Under the pieces are notes generated by a model. The model had not been told where the DNA came from and made no database searches. It saw only the letters and a list, made by a program, of their open reading frames with translations. A stretch of DNA of 64,000 nucleotides, from NCBI GenBank assembly GCA_964035545.1, contig OZ037766.1, positions 5,136,722 through 5,200,721 on the forward strand, written 5' to 3'. Each line of letters starts with the position of its first letter. Positions within the stretch are counted from its first letter, which is position 1. The DNA is from Bugula neritina (Eukaryota; Animalia; Bryozoa). Positions 53,946-64,000 of this stretch are shown piece after piece. The translations under genes and the position numbers were made by a program.

Positions 53946-55506
53946 CTTTTATACTAATTATTATTTCTAAACTTCTACCGTCCAGCACTTGTGATCTACG
54001 AATGAATTTATTAGCCTCTTTCCCTACGATTAGCATGTCTTCCATGTATTTTAAACAAACTATAGTTGTGGTGCTAGAATCACTGAATGTGTGAGTGAGA
54101 TGATTAGTGGGTGCGGCCTCTTGTGATTGGTAATTTATCATTTTGTGGGGTGAGTTTCAGGATTATTTGGTATTGATAAGCTTTTAGCATATTAAAAATA
54201 TAGATTGTATTATTAAAAACAAGATACTGTAATGTTTGTTGATTATATCCAATACAATATTTTATTGAAATGTAAAAATTTGCTAACAAAAATATACAAT
54301 ATGTAGAAAAAATTGAGCAAATCAGTGGAAAGAAGCAAATAAAACATTAGCAAAACAACAACTACGTGCATTTGCATACATTATAATGCTACAAAAATTA
54401 AAATATGCTAATCCAATAACATAAATACAGTTTGGTGTTTAATGTCTATTTTAGCTGATAGATTACAAGGCAAAATTAGCCAAAATACCAAATATGTTCA
54501 GCTCAGCTTGTAAAAAGAACATATTGAAGACTGCAAATCTCCCTTCGTGGCTTTATTGGTTTACCACTGACTCATATAATCCTTATTCTACAAAGAATAA
54601 CAACACGGAGAGAATTACAGGAACCATGAGTATCTCTACCACTTTTTAAATATTACGTTATAGTTTTAAATGCTGTATTAATGTGTATTGAAATATCCAA
54701 AGCTTTTTCTTTGCATTATTTTGTTTAGCTTTTTTGCAGACAAGCTACACTACATATTATAGGGAAGTCCCTGCTCCTGTGTGAACTGGTTTAGTGCAGC
54801 AGAATAAGTAAGTGTCTATATAATACTTCTTCTTCTTTAATAATATGTTTGATGCATTTAGTTGTTTCTGGCTTGCCATAACATAATAGCAGTTTTAAAG
54901 CTTCTATTTATGTTTTCATGCAGCAGTATTAATTTTGAAGATTTGCAATTTGTTTTTGTTAAATAGGTTTGTTATTTTAGTCTATAAGGTGTTCACTAAG
55001 TGCAAATAACAACACAGTGAAAATTCAATCTAAACATGGATTTATAAGTAGGCTAAAATTAATTATTTGATAAAATATTCTGTGAAAAAATATTTTATGT
55101 TATCCTTGTTGAGAAACTGGCTTGAAATTTCAAGTTTTTGGCTACTAGCATTGTTGAGCATAGTTTACAAACATCACTGCATACACACATGCATGGCATG
55201 ATGGCAAGAAACCTTTCAGCTTTTTGGAGATTGTCTTCTATTTTCCAACTATTTGCCACACCCTGGCCAAAACATTATTTTTTATATTGTGGCTGTTTTA
55301 TCAGCTGATATTAGATAATAAAATTGACAATTTTCTTAAACCAAAATTATTTAAAATTGGGATTGATGTAAAACTTATAATTCAATTAATGTCTACATAC
55401 TAAGTGTAGTTCTGTAATATATCTAGCTTTTATAATTCAACACAAACATTCACTTCCTGTTAGTTTAAAAAAACTGTTGCATGTCAAGGACATACTCACA
55501 TTGTAC

Positions 55507-58500
55507 CGGTTAGGCAGCTTTGCACTGTACTCTTGCAGCTGTTGATTATACACATCCCTACGTCTCTGCCTGTAAAACCAACGGAAATGAAGTTTACCCA
55601 TATTAAGCAAAAATAAAACACATGTTTCAAAATTAAATCAGTTGTCCTTTACAATACATTCAAGTGTGCCTCAACTTATTGGTTAATTCAAAATTATAAA
55701 ATCCAGGGTTAATCAATAGCGACCTTGAAAAATAATCTCGAACTAAGTAGGGCAGAAGTACAAAATGTCTGCCTTCAATCATTTTATTACTTAAAGATAA
55801 ATCAGCAGTCATTGACTGATTCAAATTGCTATGGAACTTTTACAACTGACAGTTATAAAAGTGCTACATGCAGCTATCTATTAGGCCTGGTAGCTAATCC
55901 TCAACCTATCCCTCAGTCTTAGGCCTCCGTACTTGGACTATTAGCAGTAGGAGGCAGTACTAGCTTGGCAGCTTCAAACTCTAATACTGATCATTTTACA
56001 GCATAAGTTTTACAGACGCAAGTAGAGTAGGAGCTATGCAGCCACAATTGATTAGAGTGATAGTGTAAACTGTAAAGTATATTTAATCATGTATTACTTT
56101 ATATAAGAAATTTGCTTATGATATTCCCAGGTGTTAGGTTGTTCTTGTTAATTAGTTATACGGAGTTAGTGATGCACGTGCATTCATATTGTAAGAAAAC
56201 CCATAAATTCTGAAAACAAAATTGGTATCTAAATTCATTGAATAAAGTTATGAAAATTCTAGTGACCAGTGACTAGGATTAGTAAGGAGCAATAAATAGC
56301 CGAAAAAAGTTCAAAAAGTTGATCTAACTATTTCAGAGTTTACATAAATGGTATCTGTTATAACCCTTTATACAACTGACCAAAATTCTAGTTATTTACA
56401 CCACTTAAAGTATTTGGGCTTGGTAATGAACAAAATTCCAGTAGAAAACACTTCTGCTCTAAAGATATAAACAGTAGATTACATCAAATTTATATGTTTA
56501 TACATTTACAACATGGCAGATGGTACAAAACTGGGAGAAAGCTTGGGGAGGGTGATTTGAAAACAATGGCTGAACCACATAATTTGCATTATGAAGCACA
56601 GTAGCTTATCTTTAAAGGGCATTTCTGGGAACTGGGCAGACCATTTCACTGTTTCAAGTTTTCTATTACAATCTCAACCTCTAATAAACAGGAGTTTTAT
56701 CTCTACTGCCATTGAAGCTTTTTTTATTATAATTTTTGGTAGTAGTTGTTTAGATGCTGGAATTCCGTTTTAAACCTCTAGTTGGTACATAGAATCATTA
56801 TAATCAGGCATTTAAAGAGGATACTGACAAAGAAAGTGTTAATAATGTTCAGCCCTAAATTAATAGTAAGCATCTGTTCAAGAAAAATTATTAACTTACT
56901 AACTTATTATTAGGAAGCATCTACAGCTAAAGTATAGCACAGATGGACAAAGGAAATGCAACTATTACATCATTTTTAAATATTACACCCGGGTAGGCAA
57001 GACAACATAAATGCAGAACCATAGAAGCTAAGGTTTGACCTTACGGGTACAAATACTGTCACCCAATCTTCCTCAAAGATATGAACAATAATCTGAAACA
57101 ATTATGTTAGAGTTCATGAATGTACATTATTTCCAATAATATCAGGATTACAAATAGGGTTTTAAAACTAGTTTGCTAATACAAAACTAAACTGGCTGTA
57201 TGATTTACAGACTAAAAATATAATAAATATGGTTTTAATGGACAGTTAGTTGAAATATAAAGTCTGTATTTGGGTTTCAATATAGACTTTGAAGAATAAT
57301 TATAAACTTCACTTCTTACAAAATCTATATTAATGACCGCCGACTTTGAATACAACTGTGGCCTAATTTGCATTCTGTAATTAATAGTGAAATATTGAAC
57401 CACACTTTGGCTTGTAAATAAAACGCTATCTTACATGGTCTGTACATGTTTCAGTCATTCTGAGTTTCAACTTGAAAAACTTACACACAATACATATCAT
57501 ATAGTTGTATTATGTCTACGAAAATAACTTATTGAAACTCATTTAAATTGTTCATGGTGTGTAAACAATTTAAATAAATTTAAAATTAAATGACCTCCTT
57601 TCCATGTCTAATACATTTCTACCCAAAGAAAAGTGCAGTAGCCAATAGCAAGTAAGTTCATTAGAAATGTTCCCAAGCAGTAAAACCCTTAGGGAAAGTT
57701 ATGCAAGTCTGTTTAATTGAAATTTATTGCTGGCAGTGATCTTCGTTTTCCACTGTCTGGGATATAATGAAATACTGCAATACTGCAACTCTTACGTAAG
57801 TATTAGTTTATCTACTATTAAAGGCTGCAGAATCAAAAAGAAAGCAGGTTAATAACCTGTCAGTGGGAAGATGTTCTCTGATACTTCAGCAGGCAGTGAT
57901 TAATCTCCGAGTATATTGAAACTAATTAGTAGAAATCGCCTCATTGTAATCGTTCCCTACTTACAACAGTACTACTGGCTTCTACATTCAAACACTCTTC
58001 TTCAATAGTAATAGTTCTAAGACTTAGTACTAAGTCTTCGATTTTAGTTTTACAAACTTTGCAAATACATTTTATTTCTTGCTAACTTATAATCGAAAAT
58101 CTTGATTAAACTTTTTTTACATTTAATGTGAGTTTAAATTTAATTTTTAAAAACACTGAAATTTTTTTATATATTTCTATACAATAATTTATTACATGAA
58201 TACAACTTAATTGCAGATTTAGCAGACTTTAGCTAATCAATAGCAATTAGTTACAATGATATGCAAGACTGGAATGCAAAGTTAATTAGCCAAAAATATT
58301 GCTCAGTTGCCACGAACAATTCTAAACAGCACGTAATATAAATAATTACATTCCATTGAAATGTTTGTTATGCATTATTGCTACTGTATCACAATAACGT
58401 AGTGTTTAATGCAACCAACACAGCGTAGGTAGAAAAAATGAGTGCGGATTAATAATCCAATCAGTGCAATGCTAATTATTACAAGTATTTATATAAATAA

Positions 58501-60351
58501 ATCAACACTCTTGTAACCTGCGATACAAAGTTGAATGTAACTATACTAGAAATAAAACTTCCTGTTATCCAAGCAGCACCCAATGAGCTATTTTATAGAA
58601 TATTATAAAGAATGTAAAATGGAAAGGCCCATGGCATTATAAAATAAAAATATCACATGTTTAGGAACATTAAACATTTTATATGGCCACGATTAGGTAT
58701 CACAGCCCTTTGCCCTGTCTATTAATTTGGCTCTTACAAACATTTAATATTTGATTAATCTATTTTGGGCCCACTATACTCTATAGAAATTATTCCCCTG
58801 ATTAGTGTCATTATATAGTAACAAGTTATAGCTAATTACTTTATACAATATCAATGTTTGCTCTTATGTCAGGTATTGAATGCTATGGGTAGAATGAAAC
58901 CACAGTTTAAATCTGTATAAAATTTCTTGGTTAAAATTTTAAAATTAGAAATAAGCCAAGTGCATATTGACTGCACATCACATTTCCTTTTAATAATTAA
59001 ACTGTTCATATACATATCTGACCACTGATTAATTATTAATTAACTTAATGCAGCAGCTTATAAAACCCCTGCTTGATCAGTAAGCTTGTTAATCAGCTTT
59101 CTTTTCAGTGAAATGGACAATAAGGAAATTAAAACATGGTTTTACACATTAAAAGTATATTAGTTTGGTTGTAGTAGTATGACTGAAGTACTTACTGACT
59201 CAATGCATTGCCAATGAAAAGGAAATGAGGCAGAGGACATTATACTGACTGAAAGATGAACATGAGGCTAACAATGACTCATTGACATAAAGAAATAAAT
59301 TATTTCTTTGTTGCATTAATTTCCTAAAATATGTAATAATAGCTAAAATATGGGTAAAATTCTATAAAAAATAATAAGATAAAAATTAAAGTTTAAATAA
59401 ATTTAAATAAAATCAAAAATGGAAAATGTCATTGATAACTCTACTAGTTTAAGACTGGGATTGGAGAATGAAATAGCAAAGTTAATTTTATTACAGCCTA
59501 GCTTCTAACTTTTCAATCTGACGCGAGAGAGGAAGCTTTTTTAGACAATAGTCTGTCGAATTTTTGGAAACCGCATATAAAACTTCAGCCTGGAGAAAAT
59601 TAGCCACTAATTTATGAGCATTATAGTTCTAATCTCTGAATAGGCATGAAAGTTCAGCTGCATCTGATTATCACCCTTATTTTATTATTTAAATTTAGTA
59701 CTTTGATAACAATTAAACTCCTATAATTTATACTCTGTTGAGGGTCAAGGAAATACACTGCATTAGAATATCATCTCAGCGAGTCAATCAATCATAACTG
59801 CTAAAGATATGAATATTTCAGTTAATTGGATCACTGATAAATGTTACAGGAATGTGTCATAAAAATAGGCTTAGAGTTGACCAAACTACTCTAGCTGTTC
59901 ATCTACATTAAACATACATACAGCTCAGGACTGAGGTAAGAATCAGTTCTGAGTAGCACTTTGACTAATCTGTTGCTAGCCCAGTGGTCGTACCTGTCAA
60001 CAGACTTTGCATCGTGACCATCTATACCAGGGGGACTGCCGACAACTCTGCACTCTGCCCTCGAGTAAAGCTCTCTCTCATAAGTTGATCCTCCAGAGAT
60101 GGGATTGTTAGATGGAGCACGCACGAAGGGACTCTACAATACACAACTGGTGCTATCAACACACCAACTGAGCAACACAGAAAAGGTTATGATCCAGGCT
60201 GACACGTTTCAGTTAGACGATTCATGTTAAAATATACACACCTGGCCTTCAGGCATGGCCAGTTTTACTTGCTTCTCCCAGTTAGCTTTTTTCATCAGCA
60301 CCCTCTCTTTTCTCCGAGCTTCATTATGCTCCTGTATACCAGACGCAGCCA
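55507..60351 (-). CDS. Small spliced gene of unknown function (exons ~60351-60241, 60133-59993, 55570-55507; terminal exon unresolved, possibly near 54587)
   Basis: Frame-compatible GT-AG exons: MAASGIQEHNEARRKERVLMKKANWEKQVKLAMPEGQ|SPFVRAPSNNPISGGSTYERELYSRAECRVVGSPPGIDGHDAKSVDR|QRRRDVYNQQLQEYSAKLPNR; coding-like composition; family not recognised. Confidence 0.6.
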
Positions 60352-61449
60352 TACTGAGCAACGACGGGTGTTGTCTATACAGTCTACAATCTACACAGTG
60401 GTTATAGTAGTTTACAATGTACACCCTGAAATGGGTATGCAATCGTAATTGTATTGAATAAATGATAACCAATAGTGACTCAGTACTGAATCTTTGATAT
60501 TAAATTTGTCAGCTATTTGTTTAAGTTAAAACTACGAAAGTAAAGCATAAATGAATGGCTCCTGAGTAAGCCACAAATAAAATCAGTAGAGACTAATGAG
60601 TTATGAAATGGAGTTGTTTAAATAGCGAGAGTTCTAGCAGAACTTGGTAGTATGTAAAGTAGCTCAACTTTAAAATAAAGAGCTGTGACTCAAAGTTTTA
60701 GCGAAATTTTGCAAATAAAGTATCAACAAGCAATAAAACTTTGAATAAAGCTTGGTTTACTTGACATGAATTTCAACAGACAGGACTTAATTCTGCTATG
60801 AATGTTCCTAATACTTTTAGAGATTATCATTGAGGAACCAGAACAGAGGTAGCCTATATTATTCTACTAGATTTCATATTTATTCTTCCGTCGCCGATAG
60901 CCAGTTCTAGTTCGCAATATAATTATATATTCTCGAACCTATTAGTTCTAATGGTATCTATAAATAACTATAGTTATTTTCATTTGAAACAAGGCGAAGC
61001 TTAGTGTAGGCAATTTTTCGAAAACTAATATATTGAAACTCAACACAATGTTATCAGATTGAACAGCAAACACTCACCTGAACAAAGCAGAGTCTATATA
61101 GCGCAGACTGTCAACAATAACTGACAAGGTTGACAGGTAGGCAGCAGTAGAAAGTAGTTCAATGGCTGCAGTAATTGTAGCCTAGCAACAGCAAACATTT
61201 CAGATTGTTCACTCAGGAAAGAATAGGTCAATAGACTGTTGAACGTGTTATTTGTGGCAGTTTTATAAAAGCTGAATATTTGATTTTGCATTGACAAGGT
61301 TATTGATCAGGGTCATCATAGCAGTATATTATATATTGTGTAACAGTTTATGTTACATATTGTTCTGTAAATCGAATATGAAATATTTTACAGAGATGCA
61401 TAATTAACTAGCATTCTAAGGGCACAGGCCACCAATGAATATGAACATA

Positions 61450-61620
61450 CAGTGCTCCCTCCGTATCTCACTAAGTTGCAGTCCCAAACCTCACTTCATG
61501 ACATGGTAGATTACCAGATTTAACTTAAATTCAGCCATTTTGTCCATACACAGGCTACAGAACAGGAGTCCAATCCCTTCTCCTAACCTATGGAATTCCG
61601 TGAGATATGGAGGGCGCATG
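61450..61620. mobile_element. Tc1/mariner-pogo (Tigger-like) MITE, ~170 bp
   Basis: TA|CAGTGCTCCCTCCGTATCTCAC ... GTGAGATATGGAGGGCGCATG imperfect terminal inverted repeats starting CAGT after TA. Confidence 0.7.
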
Positions 61621-62424
61621 TGTTGTACTGCTAGATAAGTTGAGGTTAATATATTTTAATAGAAAAGGGTTTTCAAGGATTTAGGTTGTAGTTCAATAGA
61701 CTTAGAGCAAACTGTGAATTAGATCACAAAAGTTGTATTTTGATGTAAAAGTTTATTATATTATTAGTAAACTGATTGGCAAAAGTCGAAATCTTTTAAA
61801 TAAAGTAGAGAAGAGACCAGACTGCTATCAGTGAATAAGACGATTGATATGTACATTAAATTACATGTATATAATAATATTAATACATAATCATGACTTG
61901 CAAACAGTATATACTAGTAAACTATATCATCGATTGCGTTTCACATTGCAATTGAACACATGGAATATTAAAATATATCTCCAAGAGACTACCTAGATAG
62001 AACCATGTGAATATAGGCAAATAATATATGTTCACTACATACATTAACTATTAGTACACAATACATATATAACATATATACACAATTATTACTTCAAGGC
62101 TGAAAATTTGGTATAAATGTATCATCAGCAATATTTTAGTTCCATGATACAAAACATGACCAAAAGGGAACAAACAAATACTCTAAGTAATGCCATGAAA
62201 AGCTGAAATGGTGTCTAAAGTCTGTCATTAAGAACGCTGAGTGATGGGACCAATTGTTCAACAGCTAGCTGTCTTCTGACCATATCATGAAGATTGTCAT
62301 GGATATTAGAAGTACTAAAGAGTGACAGGCATGAAGAGATCAGTGGTCTATGAAGTCAATGACATCCAAAGCAGTTGCTGTGACATCTACATGAACACAG
62401 TATCACGTGGCTACACCAGAGCAG

Positions 62425-63048
62425 CTATATTAAAGGTCCCCAGAGATGGCGACTGCTGTGCTTCTCATCAACAGATGTGAAGAATACTTGACCGACAGCG
62501 ATAAAGTCAGCCTTACTAATTTCACTTTTCTGGTCAAAGCACACTTCAAATGAGTGTTTAGCATCTGCTGCCGAAATACCAATAGCCTCGTTATAAATAG
62601 TCCATTTCTTGAGATTCACAACCCCGCTGCCATCCATGTCCACTACACCAAACAACAGACCGAGGGGTTCCTCTAACAGCTTCTTGCAGTCGGACAGTTT
62701 GAGTAAATTTGCCATGAGCTCTACGAATTCTTCAGGAGGCACCTGATAGTCAAACCCCTTATCCTCTCCGCAGCACCAGAAGTCCTCCCACAGCTGAATC
62801 ACCAGCCTCTGTATGAGGAATGCCGTCTGTTCACTCAACTTCCCTTTAGAGGTCAGAAGTTTCACAGTAGACTTAAAGTCATTTCGACAAACGAAGCCAT
62901 CCCCGTTTATGTCCATACGACTGAAATGGGTCAACATTTTTCGCTGCCAAAATTCATTCTCGGCAGTACTATGTCCGTTCATGGCGTGGCCAGAGCTGAA
63001 CAAAGTTCTAATGCCAGACGCTATGTTGGAAATGATGTTGGCATGCAT
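62425..63048 (-). CDS. Sarcoplasmic calcium-binding protein (SCP, Nereis-type EF-hand family), intronless coding region, 207 aa
   Basis: FWQRKMLTHFSRMDINGDGFVCRNDF, LWEDF, LEEPLGLLFGVVDMDGSG, C-terminal LWGPLI parallel annelid SCP (LWVQKMKTYFNRIDFDKDGAITRMDF...VEGPLPLFFRAVD...FWGPLV). Confidence 0.88.
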   Translation of the reverse strand: MHANIISNIASGIRTLFSSGHAMNGHSTAENEFWQRKMLTHFSRMDINGDGFVCRNDFKSTVKLLTSKGKLSEQTAFLIQRLVIQLWEDFWCCGEDKGFDYQVPPEEFVELMANLLKLSDCKKLLEEPLGLLFGVVDMDGSGVVNLKKWTIYNEAIGISAADAKHSFEVCFDQKSEISKADFIAVGQVFFTSVDEKHSSRHLWGPLI

Positions 63049-64000
63049 CTCTCTGCCACTTATATAACAGTGTCAGCTGGCAGCGCAAATCGAATGTGCA
63101 CTTCAGTATAGAATTTAGTCCAATTAGGTAACTGCTTCGATTTCTCACAGTAATCTCAATACAAGGCTGCCTGGAAAAATAAGATATATTAATATTAGGT
63201 TGCTCTATATGTCGCTAGATAATGACTTTCTGCTGCGCATGAATATACAATTACTGGCTCAATACTAGAAAAGTTCGTTGCTCTTTGCTTAAATCAAATG
63301 GCACACAATAAAACTTTCTACTGTAAGATGCAGTATTGTGTAAGAGCAAGTAAGTTTCAACAGTTCCTGAATGTTTAAGTTGAAATATCAGGGGAATGCT
63401 AATGCATGGAGATGTAGAAGTTACTGGTTGTTGAAATTAGTCAATTACAGTCACACATCACTAAATAATTTACATATTAAAGAATCCCTCAACAGATGTT
63501 TTATATTATTTTGTAAAAGTTACCCTGCAATCTAATAAATGATAATTACATTTGAACCGCCTTCATTGGATCAAATTTTAATCTGGGAACAAATGACCCG
63601 TAGCTGACCCGTGATATTTAATCAGCTAAAAGTGAAGGTGCAGTTAACTATCATTGCTCGTGTGTCAGTTGGAACTTGTATCACAGTATAATACCAAGTT
63701 TAGCTTTAACCCTTATTATAACAATTTTACTAACTACAGAAATACAGGCACACTAAACACAATAGCTTTTCCTGCCTTCATTAAAAAAATTACTCACATA
63801 TCACCCCTATATCAAGCCCAGACACTGTTTTGACTGATGACAAACTGAAAAGCAGCTGCCTCACTCAACAGGTCAACATAACATCTTCTAGTCTTGTCAC
63901 ATCACTTGATTTAACCACAAAGCTAAACATTCTACCAGCCTGAGAAAACCTGTTTCTATGTTATCATACAGCAAGTTTGCTATTCTAAAATACAGCTATG

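Noticed and set aside
62425-63048. Aequorin/obelin-type photoprotein
   Set aside because: Lacks the His/Trp/Tyr coelenterazine-binding pattern (e.g. HLGFW; here GQVFF) and two EF loops are degenerate; closer to annelid SCP

Overview
AT-rich, intron-rich eukaryotic (animal) genomic DNA, probably a compact invertebrate/lophotrochozoan genome (inference only). Seven protein-coding loci plus one small unidentified spliced gene can be reconstructed from GT-AG exons: LRRC40 (minus, runs off the left edge); an ADAR1-type dsRNA adenosine deaminase (plus, ~7029-17706) with four dsRBDs, no recognisable Z-alpha domain, an intact catalytic site and an intronic tRNA-Val(AAC); a divergent, N-terminally shortened SMARCC/Swi3-like gene (minus, ~18431-25153); a tail-to-tail pair of paralogous LRR-only genes (plus ~28175-32264, minus ~32871-37033) whose differences cluster at predicted ligand-facing LRR positions; CCDC14 (plus, ~39156-53945); an unidentified small gene (minus, ~55.5-60.4 kb); and an intronless Nereis-type sarcoplasmic calcium-binding (EF-hand) gene (minus, 62425-63048). 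Mobile DNA includes a 5'-truncated CR1/L2-type LINE, a 1.26-kb foldback element, hAT- and Tc1/pogo-type MITEs, a small hairpin element, a tRNA-like remnant and several minisatellites. Most notable: the ADAR1 architecture and a candidate internal first exon giving a short isoform, the diversifying ROCO-like LRR pair, the divergent SMARCC paralog, and 3/6-bp-periodic TA-rich tracts concentrated in the three head-to-head intergenic regions. Exon boundaries were read by eye and may be off by a few bases.
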